DNA of 64,000 bases from Chiloscyllium plagiosum. Taxonomy: Eukaryota. The notes below the pieces were generated by a model. It was not told where the DNA came from, did not search any database, and saw only the letters and a list, made by a program, of their open reading frames with translations. Within the stretch, counting starts at the first letter, position 1. Each line of letters opens with the position of its first letter. A program made the translations under genes and the position numbers. The stretch is from NCBI RefSeq assembly GCF_004010195.1, contig NC_057719.1:26717498-26781497 (forward strand), written 5' to 3'. Below are positions 25,062 to 36,720 of the stretch, in pieces.

Positions 25062-25514
25062 ATTAAAGTTTTTTATTTTTTGGAGAATTTTGATTTGTTG
25101 GTTGAAACTGAAATTAAAATTTATATCTCCAGAAAAGCCTTACCTGGTGACAATTCTTCCCTGAGGTTATTTTGCAGCAATTAAAAAGAAAACATTGAAA
25201 ATGATTTGGACATACATTTAATAATTTACAAAGATCTGTTTAGAAAAGTATCAATTTTTAAAAGCATTCTTCCTAAACTATACTAAACATAGTAGAAACA
25301 GAGACACACAGAAACAGGTCAGTTACCTATCAAGTCTACACTTGTATAAAAATCAAAAATACTGGAAATACTCAGGAAGTCAATAGTGCGAAAGAGTTTA
25401 TCAGAACTACCTGTAGGTTTGACAGCTAGTTCAATCTCACTGTACAGTGCATTCACCACACCATACCATAATCTCCTTTTTAACTCAACTAAATAATTCC
25501 ACATTTTTAATAAA
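25062..25514 (+). other. GPHB5: Candidate GPHB5 polyadenylation signals
   Basis: ATTAAA at 25062-25067 followed by a T/GT-rich tract, further ATTAAA copies nearby, and AATAAA at 25509-25514. Confidence 0.4.
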
Positions 25515-26587
25515 AGATATAAGATTTTAACTCTTTCAAAACCCATCCTCATAATCAGTTCAAACTGTGCCCCATCCATGTGGCATCTGTTTCAATAATG
25601 GTTTCGAAATTTAGCATTCAAACTCTTCACTCCGTAGATAAATGTTCTCCAACCTTTCCATAATTTTTTCTTTTAATGATCAATTAGTACATGAAGACCA
25701 ATTGCAATATTGAGGTCAAGTATGGAAGGGATGTGTGAAGAGGAAAGGAGGGAGAATAGAGACAAAGGAAGTAAGAGGCAAGGGAGAGTGAAGAGAGCTA
25801 CAGGAGGAAGGAGGAGATGGCTAATTGAACATGAATGGGGAAATGGGAGGTCTGGAGAAAACAAGAAGCAGGGGTGCAAGGTATGACTAGGAAAGAAAAG
25901 GCATAGGGAAAAAGGCTAAGGATGTCAAATTCTGTCAAAGACCATTTTTCATTTTGGAAAGTAAAGAAAGTTTCACTACTGCCAGGTCTGGTGAGAGGAT
26001 GGAAACACACCTTGCTTTAGCATAGTAACATGTTTTTCATTGATGATTAGTCACATTATATTGGAAAGGAGAATCTATGTTGAAAGGAGAAGTACCTTTC
26101 TAAAAGGGGTCATACTGAGACACATTCTGTTTGCAGTATACTGCATGTACACTGTACAGATATATGCAGCAGTGTATGTAGCATTGCCACCCCCTGGTCA
26201 GGGTGTGCAATTGCACCAATTTATGATAACAGTCTCAGTTGTAATATGTTTCTTGTGGTAATGACCCATTTGAAACTTTCACATTCTATCACAACAGTGT
26301 GTACCTGTTGGTTTTACATGAGCAATTATGGCTGCTTTCCATGTTTAATGTATCATAGATGGATGCCATACATACCACCATGCCAACCAACTACTTTCCA
26401 CTTTGTACATTACGTAGCCTTTAATGTTTTTAAATCATCTATTTGGTTTCTTCAGCTTTACATAAATTATTTTTCCCTTATCTCCACTCCACTCTCACCC
26501 CCTTCTCCTCCCACTCCCTTAACATTCCACATCTATAAACAGTTATCCCCAATAATGGTCAACTGAATCTCCTCGATTGCATCCCCA

Positions 26588-26900
26588 GGCAGCACGGTGG
26601 CACAGTGGTTAGTACTGCTGCTTCACAGCACCAGGGACCCAGGTATCAGTATGGAGTTTGCATGTTCTCCCCAGATCTGCTTGGGTTTCTGCCGGGTGCT
26701 CTGGTTTCCTCCCACAGTCCAAAGATATTCAGATTAGGTGGGTTGGTCTTGATAAATTGCCCGGTAGAGTCCATATGCAGGCTGGGTGGATTAGCCATGG
26801 TAAACCTAGGATTAAAGGGATTGGGTGGGATGTCTTTCGGAGGGTTGGTGCAGACTTGATGGGTCAAATGACCTCTCTCTGTAGGGTTTCTATGAATCTA
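26588..26900 (+). mobile_element. tRNA-derived V-SINE (HE1-like)
   Basis: A-box GGTGGCACAGTGGTTAG and V-domain GGAGTTTGCATGTTCTCCCC...GGGTGCTCTGGTTTCCTCCCACAGTCCAAAGA. Confidence 0.85.
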
Positions 26901-27134
26901 TGTATACCCTTCCCATGTTGACATTCAAACTGCCCACAATTCTCCAGCTGCAAGCTGATTCACATCAAGATCCCTTTCCTCTTTACACCATCTACAATCT
27001 TACTAATTAGCTTGGATGTTCTTTTCACAATCTTATAAACATTAATATTTCACATTTTATAATACATACACTACTTATCCATTGCACTAGCATACCTATG
27101 TCTTGCTGTAGCTTTTCACAGCCATTTCTGAAGG

Positions 27135-27228
27135 AAGTTAAAAATCACAAAACACCAGGATATAGTCCAACAGGTTTATTTGGATAACCCTGTTGGACTA
27201 TAACCTGGTGTTGTGAGATTCTTAATTT
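27135..27228. repeat. Fold-back inverted repeat (40-bp arms, 14-nt loop)
   Basis: 27135-27174 matches the reverse complement of 27189-27228 at 35 of 40 positions. Confidence 0.9.
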
Positions 27229-27261
27229 TGTACACCCCAGTCCAATAATAGCACCTCCAAA

Positions 27262-27570
27262 TGGCACGGTGGCTCAGTGGTTAGCACTGTTGCCTCTCAA
27301 GGCTAGGGACCTGGGTTTGGTTCCAGCCTCGGGCGACTGCCTGTGCGGAGTTTGCACATTCTCCCTGTGTCTGAACGGGGTTCCTCTGGGTGCTCCAGTT
27401 TCTGCCCAAAGATGTGGGGGTTAGGTGAATTGGTCATGCTAAAAGTTGCCCATAGGTGCATTAGTCAGGGGTAAATATGGGGAATGGGTCTGGGTGGGTT
27501 ACTCCACAGAGTGTTGGTGTGGACTAGTTGGGCTGAAGGGCCTGTCTCCACACTGTAGGAAATCTGATCA
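27262..27570 (+). mobile_element. tRNA-derived V-SINE (HE1-like)
   Basis: GGCACGGTGGCTCAGTGGTTAGCACTG...GGAGTTTGCACATTCTCCCTGTGTCTG. Confidence 0.85.
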
Positions 27571-29379
27571 TAAATCATTTTTGAAGCAGTGTTTAATGGA
27601 AATGCAGCATTTAATTTTTAGGTAGCAGTCATCTGCACTGAAAGATACTGATCATGACTTTGAGATCAACAACAAGTAAAGAGTGCCAGATATTCGCTGC
27701 ACTTAGCCACAGACTTAAATGCACTTTTGTATGCTCTACTGTACATTGATTTTGACTGTTAATTACACCAATGTAGTGAATTTTGCAGGGGAGCTGGGAG
27801 CTGCCCAGTGTGAGCAGGGTAAGAAATTACGTATGCTCTTTAGCCAACCAGACTGAAGAATCTTTACTGAGACCTGAAAAATGTGTCACCAGGAACTGTA
27901 AAGTAGAACATTAATTTCGATGACAAATTATACACAAAGAGTAAAATAAAGGAAAATAGTTTGGAAAGTGAGAAAAGAAACAAAATTAAAATAATTATAC
28001 ATGTAATTTTTAAGAGGTGCTAATTATATTACAATAATTATATAGAATAACAAGTAAAACCTTAAGGAATGAGACTTCACATTTGTAAATTTAATTTTCA
28101 GTGTTCAAGAAATTGTTTAGTGATAATCAAGATTTATCATGGTGCTAAACATTTACTTAGACCAGATGTGACAAGCCTTAAAATTTTCAGGCGCATTTAC
28201 TGGGTAACTATTATGTAAGTATTGCAATTTCATGGCTTTTCATGTGTTTCAATGCAGAGTCTCTCACTAAGATTCCATTATCTTGATGTTTCTGAAAGAC
28301 CACAACAACTAGGACAATTCCCTGAATTCCGTGTTTAACTGCACATGTGCAGCCACAAAATATTGCTGTCTGACTTACATTATAATAAAATCATCAAGCA
28401 CGATTGATATCACTGTTAATTAAGGCTAATGCCCTTGTGAAACAATTGGAGGTTTGGTATATTTAATATTAATCTGATGTACACAAAATTTATTTCCATA
28501 TTAGAAATCTAAGAAAACATGGAATCGGAGAAGACTATTCCACACCACCAAAGCGCTCTTTCCACAGCACTTGTTCATTCTACATCAACATAGACTAGAC
28601 TCCACCCACACAACTTATTCATTAAATTTCCCAGAATCATCAAATATAATCAGCCGGGATTTCAGAATATTTACTTGTATTTTCATATTCATGGTTGAAA
28701 CACTATTTGAATCTTTTCTTAATAAAAGTTTGGGTAAACAGAAAAAGAGAAGTTCTAGTTAACACTAGTCTATTCCTCATGAGTGTTATAAAGAACTCTT
28801 TTTACAATCAGAACACAGATGTCGAAGAGATACATGATTATAATCATTAGCAATAAAGAGCAGTGCCTATTCTCAGTTCCTGGTAATGATACCCCTTCCA
28901 TTCATTAAACCTCTGTACAATAAACAGTGATTTTGTTTAGCATTCAGTGGGAACGTGCCTGATTTACATACTAATGATGATAATCCATTTCCCTGTGTCT
29001 ATGTGGAAGAACAAAATTTCAATATTTTCTGTAAAACAAGATATGTTCTAGGAGCAGTATCATTAGAAATTCAATTTTCTGTCATAAAATTTTAAGTTAA
29101 TAAAAGTGAGATACATAAATAAACTTTTGCTGTTGCAACATTGCTTGTTTTAAAGCTTCCTGGCACTACTACTGTTGCTGAGATCCTTATCCATTCTTTC
29201 TTGAGCTCAAAACTTCTCCATTAATGTTGTCACCAAATTGTAGAACATCATTGTATACAAACTGCAAATTTCTATCATATTTATTTAACCCTGTACTAAA
29301 TACCTCTGACCCATTGCACATCCATAAGAACCCTCAACAACTTTCACAAATGCACGATAGAAAGAATTCTATCTGAATA

Positions 29380-29790
29380 TAGTACGGCAACTGCTCTACC
29401 TAGGATCATAAGGAACTACAGAAAGTTGTGAACGCAGCTCAGACCATCACGCAAGCCAACCTCCCAACCATTGATTCCATCTACAGAAAGGCAACCAATA
29501 TAGTAGGCGCCTCCCACCCCAGTTATAATCTCTTCCAACCTCTTCCATCAGGCAGATAATATAAAAGCTTAAACACACTCACCAACAGGTTCAAGAACAG
29601 CTTCTTCCCCGCTGTTATTAGACTTCTGAACGGATCCCTCAAAAATCAAATATAATATTGATCCTGCTTTTTTGTGCACCTTCTTTGCAGGCATAACTTT
29701 GTATTCCTCGCCCTATTCTATCACCCGATGCGAAACAAAATTTTACTGTACCTAGGTGCATATGTGACATTAATTCTCAAATCTAAATCA
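29380..29790 (+). mobile_element. Rex1/Babar-like LINE 3' fragment
   Basis: Encodes YGNCST.DHKELQKVVNAAQ...F.PLPSGR.YKSLNTLTNRFKNSFFPAVIRLLN. Confidence 0.75.
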
Positions 29791-29859
29791 AATCACTGTG
29801 GTCTTATCTCTATCAACCTCCACTGGCACCCTGCCTACCCATACTGCACCGAAAGGTCA

Positions 29860-30775
29860 GAGAGTCACAGAGATGTACAGCATGGAAATAGACCCTTCGG
29901 TCCAACTCATCCATGCCAACCAGATATCCCAACCTAATCTAGTCCTAATTGCCAGCACTTGGCCCATATCCCTCTAAACTCTTTCTATTCATATACAAAT
30001 ACAGCATTTGAAAGGCATCTGAATGGGTACCAGCCTCCATCATTTCCCCTGGCAGCTCATTCCATACATGTACCACCCTTTGCATGAAAAATTTACCCCT
30101 TGGGTCCTTTTTAAATCTTTCCCTTCTCACCCTAAACACCTGTCCTCTAGTTGCGGACACCCTCACACCAGGGAAAAGGCCTTGTTTATTTACCCTATCC
30201 ATGTCCCTCATGATTTTATAAACCTCTACAAGGTCACCCGTCAGCCTCCGACACTCCAGGGAAAAACAGCCTCACCCTATTCAGCTGCTCCCTATAGCTG
30301 AAACCTTCCAACCCTGGCAATATCCTTATAAATCTTTTCTGAACCCTTTCAAGTTTCACAACATCCTTCCGATAGGTGGGAGACCAGAATTGTACATAAT
30401 ATTCCAAAAGTGGCCTAATTAATGCCCTGTACAGCTGCAACATGACCTCCCAACTCCCAGCTTTGACAAAGGGTCAGTTAGACTTGAAACATCAGCTCTT
30501 TTCTCTCCTTACAGATACTGCCAGACCTGAGATTTTCCAGCATTTTCTCTTTTGGTTTCAGATTCCAGCATCCGCAGTAGTTTGCTTTTATCCCATACCC
30601 AATGCTCTGACCAGTAAAGGAAAGCGTACCAAATGCCTTCTTCACTATCCTATCTTCCTGTGACTCTACTTTCAAGGAATATGAACTTGCACTCCAAAGT
30701 TTCTTTGTTCAGCAACACTTCCCAGGACCTTACCATTAAGTGTACAAGTCCTACCCTGATTTGCCTTTCCAAAAA
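29860..30775 (-). mobile_element. CR1 LINE 3' fragment interrupted by a Penelope terminal fragment (30460-30590)
   Basis: LQLYRALIRPLLEYYVQFWSPTYRKDVVKLERVQKRF. The insert is flanked by TCCCA at 30455-30459 and 30591-30595. Confidence 0.9.
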
Positions 30776-33524
30776 GCCAAATTTAAATTCCGAGCACTTT
30801 TCTTTAAATCCCTCAGTAACCTCATCTAATATAACTTTTTAATCTCCTATCTTATGCTACAATGTCTTTTTGTCTTTTGAGTCTGGTTTCCACAGAGACC
30901 CCTGTCAACCACCTCTAACATGTCAGTAGCAAAGTATAGAAAAGGAAAAAGAGTGCATCTGTCTAGTGGCTTTCATAATCTCAAGAGGTCTCACCCTTCT
31001 TTACAACCAATTAACCACTTTTCAAGTGCAATCGCAATGCAGGAGCTAAATTATACAGCAAGGTCCCACAAACAGCACTCTATGAATGACCAGAAGATAT
31101 TTTTTAAAACTGAATTTGGTCCAAAGATTGATATCAATCAAGTTGTCTCAGCCTCACCTTCTCTACAAAATAAAGAAGCTGCATTTGTATCAGAAATCCA
31201 AATGTGCTTTGTTGTGTCAACACAGACTTTCCAGTATAACTGCTATTCTAATATAATCAAATGTTGCAGTCAATGTGGAAACAGAAAAATGGCTCACTCA
31301 TACAACAATGAGAAAATTATCAATTAACACACTTTGGTGACAATAGGTTGAGGCATAAAAATTGCCAGAAGATTGATAGAGGATCTTTTGTATCACTCTG
31401 ATCAAGTAGTTACAGCCTCAGTTTAACATCGGAGTTAAAAAGAACAGCACCCACAGAATACCATGCATTAAAATTGAGGTGAAGTGAGAGTCTAGATTAT
31501 GTGAATTAATCCCTGGAGTGGATTTTAAAGTCACAGCTTTCTATCTAATAGGTGAAACTATGACCACTAAGCCAAGACTGAGTGAAATTTTTAAATCAAC
31601 ATATTTATTTTTCAACTATGACTAACTCATCTATTACTGTTTGATTCTAACCTTTACTGTGTGAAGCAATATTTTAGCAAATTAACCCAAAGTACTTCAT
31701 CTTCCTACAATTTAATTTCCTATTTGATACATAAAGTTGACAAAATAATACCAATTATTCATGGATATGCTATGCTGAATAGGCAACAATGTAAATATAG
31801 CTCCTAAAAACAGAGCAATCCTTAATACAAATCACTATTACTGACAGATCTGTTATTCTTGTTTGAAATGATTTGCTTTGCAATTGGATTTGTATAATTG
31901 TAATGTTTTATTATATTTCTACATTTAATTAGTACTTGTTCTTAATTGCTAGCTGTTGCAATAAGAATGTAATCCTCCTCACAAGTTGTGAGCAATAATT
32001 ATTATAATTATGTAACTATTTTAATCGTGTGGGAGGTGCTAAAACATTTGTTACACCTTATTAAATCACAAACTTGTTATTCCTTTGGTTAGTAATTTGA
32101 TTTTAGCTAATCACAAATAAATCACATTGCGATTTGAATAAACATTTTATATTTAATGCTTTGTAATTCTAAGTTTATCCTTTTATACAGAATACAGATT
32201 TGTACTAATCTAATATACATTGCTGCAAAATGATAATTCTATCCATTGGCTTTGCATATTCTAATGGCTTTATTTCAACAATACATTTGATCAACTAACG
32301 AGGAAGAATTTAATACTAAAATGGCCCATTGCTGGGTGATGAGGAAGGCCCAGAGCAGATGAGTACAGTGCAGAGGTGACCTGGAGGGAGGTCTGGACAT
32401 CTTGTTGAGTTTGAAATTCATTCAGGCGGAGAGGTGAAGAGACAAAGCAGATTCTTTATCTCAAGAAAATCGTTAAAGGAAAGGTCGCTTGGTGTTTGCG
32501 AGCACAGAGGCGAGATTGGACAAATGGATGGGGTTGGCAGCAAGTGAAAGGATAGAAGGATTCAGAAGACTTTTGGTAGACATGAGTTAGTGAAGCTTGT
32601 GATACTTGATACCTAACAGAAAGAACATACTTTTTTTTGAAGTACCATATATGTTGGTGTCTCTGGAGACAGATGATTGCATGTGACTGTACATGAAATT
32701 GCAGTGATAACACCAGTATAAGGAGTCTTGAATAGTTTGAAAATATCTGTAATAATGTATTATAAACATGAAGGATAGAATTTCAGTTGGGATCCGTGTA
32801 GAATAAGCCAGAATTGGAGATGAAAAGACTGAGTATTTCTTGAACTTTTGTTTTTTAATTTCAGTTAACTCCAGCAACCTGAGCATTTCACTTTTGCAAG
32901 GGGCAGTTGGACTTTGGAATTATCTTTCGATACAGAATGGGTCTCACCCAGAGGCCAAGGCTATTGCAAATATGCAGAGAATTTGGTTAGCGACTTCAAG
33001 ATAGAGCAGGGCTTGACTGTCAATAAATAGCACACATGGCTGGAAATACAAGAACATCTCCAAAAAAAAAACCCAAGCGACTTCACCTGAAAATATAACG
33101 AGTGGAGGATATTTAAATAACTTAAGTTGGTGGTTTCTCTGGCAAAATCGAGCTGAGGGTAATTACATAAATTAATCTAAGTTCCTTACAGCATTGCAAT
33201 CTGTAGGGGTGATTGACACTCTTTTGTGCAATTAATTGTCTATTATATTTTGAACTCACTAAGCAAATTCTTGGAGATTAATTAAAGACAAAGAGGTCAG
33301 TATAAATGCGTCTTCTAATAGATTTAATAGGTTTTTTTTGATGACTACTCTACTTCATATCGAAATAAGATTGGTACAATTTGAAGCTATTATGGATAAT
33401 ATTGAGCAATAGTCCATAATATAGGACCATGAAAATAACACTGAAGTTAAACAATTCAGAGTATTAGGAATCTTTGGGATGCAGCAAAAGTGGGTTAAGA
33501 GTGAATTATCAGTCAGTTACACAT

Positions 33525-33825
33525 CTGTCCAGAACTAGAGGGCATAGGTTTAGGGTGAGAGGGGAAAGATATAAAAGAGACCTAAGGAGCAACTTTTTCA
33601 CACAGAGGGTGGTACGTGTACAGAATGAGCTGCCAGAGGAAGTGGCGGAGGCTGGTACAATTGTAACATTTAAGAGGCATTTAGATGGGTATATGAATAG
33701 GAAGGGTATGGAGGGATATGGGCCGGGTGCTGGCAGGTGGGACTAGATTGGGCTGAGATATCTGGTCGGCATGGACTGGTTGGACCGAAGGGTCTGTTTC
33801 CATGCTGTACATCTCTATGACTCTA
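33525..33825 (+). mobile_element. CR1 LINE 3' fragment
   Basis: SRTRGHRFRVRGERYKRDLRSNFFTQRVV and a CTCTATGACTCTAT tail. Confidence 0.92.
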
Positions 33826-34489
33826 TATATGCAAATGGTGGCAGGGGGAACCTTTGGTCTTAGAATCACTTAGAAAAATTATGATGCCGTAACTAGAGCA
33901 AGATTTTCTGGGCCTTACTTTCAAGTCTTGGAAGCGCTCAAAACATAGTCACCAATGAAAGAGAGGTGGAGCCAGGGAAGGCAAGACATTCTGTCTCCAA
34001 CCAAGTCCAAAGAATACCGCTCCCCCAAAAACCTACCCTTCACATTCCACTCCTCATCTCAGAAAATAACTGTGAGGAGATTACGCCTGGGAAAGAACAA
34101 AAAATAAAAATCAAACAAAGGAAATAATAAAAATTATGGACAATGGGTTGCAAGATAATCAATTCTATAGTCTTATCATTAAAAATTGCTTAACCAACTT
34201 TGGTGTGTTCAGTTTTCCTAATGTTTAAAATAGACATTCAGACCAGAGAAAGAAAGCAGATGAGCAAAGAATTCATATGTAATTAATTGTATTACATGCC
34301 TGGGATAGAAAGCCTAGAATGAACAAGTCAAATCAAATTATGTCAAGTTTTGAAACTAACTTAGAAATTGTGTGCTTGTTCCAGTAAGAAACATGAAAGC
34401 TGTAGAATTGTTAAAAAAAATCTGAATACATAGCTTCGCTACCTAATCTGGACAACACCTGACTACCACAGCTGATGGTAATACTCAAA

Positions 34490-36720
34490 TTCAATGAAAA
34501 ACAAAATCCAGAATTAAAAGTCGAATGATGATCATGAAATCATTGGGGAAAAACCCATCTGGTTCGCTAATTCCTTAGGGAAGGAAACTGCCGTTTTTAA
34601 CTTGCCCTAGGCCTCCATGTACCTCCAGATATTCAACATTATGGTTGACCTCGGACTGCCCTAAGAAGGGACCTAGCAAACCACCCAATTACATCACTTC
34701 AGGCTGCTTTGTCCTGGATGATGGCAAATTTCTTGACGAGGAAGTATTGTTGGAGCTACATTCATCCAAGTGCAATCCGCCTCACTCCTGACATATTATA
34801 CCTTGGACAAGCTTTTGAGAGACAGAAGGTCAGAATTACACAGTTGGTCCAGATCAATTTCTGATCAATGGTAACCCGCAGGATAATGATAATGGGGGTT
34901 TCAGTGATAGTAATACCACTGAATGTCAAGAGGCAATGATCAGCTTCCCTCTTGTTTGAAACAAGACAATTGCCTGTCACTGTGGTGTGAATGTTACTTA
35001 CCAATTGTCAGCCCAAACCTGGACATTGTTCAGACCCATGGACTTCTTCAGTTTCTGAGGAGTCTCAAATGGTGATGAATATTGTGCAGTGAATATCCAT
35101 GTCTGATATTATAATGAAAAGAAAGTCATTGATGAGAAAGCTGAAGATGCTTCAGCTTAGGACACTATCCTGAGGAACTCCAGGACTGATGTTATCGAGC
35201 TGAGATGACTGACCACCAACCATAACCATCTTCCTTTGTGCCATATATGACCCTCAACCAGCAAAGAGTTCATTCCCCCTCCCAGATTCCCATTGACTTT
35301 TCATTTCACTTGGACTCCTTCATGTGCCACCTGGTCAAGTTGGCCTTGATGTCAAGGGTTGTCACTCTCAGCTCCGGAACTCAACTCTTTTGTTCATGTT
35401 TGCATCAAGGCTGGAGTGAGATCAGGAGTCGAGTGGGTCTAGCTTTGTGTCACTGAACAATTATACCTGAGCAAATGCTGCTTGGTAGCACTTTTGATGT
35501 GCAAGAGTGGATTGATAATTGGCCAGGTTGGATCTGTGCTGCTTTATGTACAGTAAATACCTGGGAAATTTTCCACACTATGAGAGAGATGACATAGCAG
35601 ATTGGAGAATAAGTCAGGCCATGAGGTAATCCCACATAATTTGTAACTGATCTGCTGCTGCTGATGGCTCATAACATCTCTTGCATACCCAGTCTAGAAT
35701 TGCATGAGCTGAATGAATCTTAGTGCAACACAACACAATGGAGGGTACCCTCACTATGAAGGTGGGACGTTGTCTCCACAAAGTCTGTGTGGTGGTCACT
35801 CTTACGGTCACACACAGACGCATCTGCAACAGGCAGGTTTGTAAAGATAAGGACTCCATCAGGAGTGCTGCTGCCAAGCCACTCTGGGCAACTGAGTTTG
35901 AAGTCTCCCACTCAGGTATCTAGTAACCAGCAGGAAATCTCCATGCCCATGTTTGGCTGGATGCTAAGAGACTTCACAGGGTCAAGAGTCAGTGTTGAGG
36001 AATCGGAGATTATCTCCCTCTTGACTGTCTGCCTCAGTGTTGTCACCTTTGTTGTGTCTGTCCCGTCACTGGGAACAGAGTTTGTCATCATTACTGGTGT
36101 CTTAGTCAATGCCACTTGGTCTGTCCAATTGCATTCCTTTTTGGGATTTCTTTTGAAGATACAACTGAGGACATTAGAAGAATAAGTGAGAGGAGGGTCC
36201 TGCGCTTCTGGAAAAAACGTGCAAGAGAGTGGGCTTAGCGACTTCTCAAACAGTATGAAAGAATAGCAGCACCATCGGACAAGTGTACCGATATAAAAAG
36301 GGCAGCGGTGGCCAGAGATAAAAACTACAAACACAGAATTAAATCTGTTTCCACAGAATGATAGGGAGATAGCTCGCTGACTGGTGACTTTCTTTTCCAT
36401 GTCTTTTTTGCTTGTTATAGCAGCTGAAGAGTACAGTTAAGAAATTCACTTAGGAGATTGTTGGGCAGAGAATACATTGTGGCTGTAATATGTGGGAGTT
36501 GATGGACATCTGTACAATTTGTAGTGACCACACCCATTGCAAATGTTAGCTTCTTGAGGAAGCTCAGTACAGAGTTGATGAGTTGGCATCTGAGCTGTGA
36601 CATCAGGTATGAAGAAGAGCTATCAGGACACTATTTCAGGAGGCAATCACACCCCTTTAAGTTAATCACATTACCTTTGGTGTGTGGGCGGGGACAGAAG
36701 AATGTGACTGAAATACTCAT
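34490..36720. mobile_element. Cluster of old fragments (Deu-SINE, CR1/L2-like RT, Tx1-like)
   Basis: CCCATCTGGTTCGCTAATTCCTTAGGGAAGGAAACTGCC, and ITETPIIIILRVTIDQKLIW on the minus strand with similarity to 7640-8250. Confidence 0.6.

Noticed and set aside
25725..25925. Purine-rich tract with short minus-strand ORFs
   Set aside because: Low-complexity sequence with no coding signature.
26588..27330. tRNA-like A/B boxes
   Set aside because: These are SINE heads followed by the V-domain, not tRNA genes.
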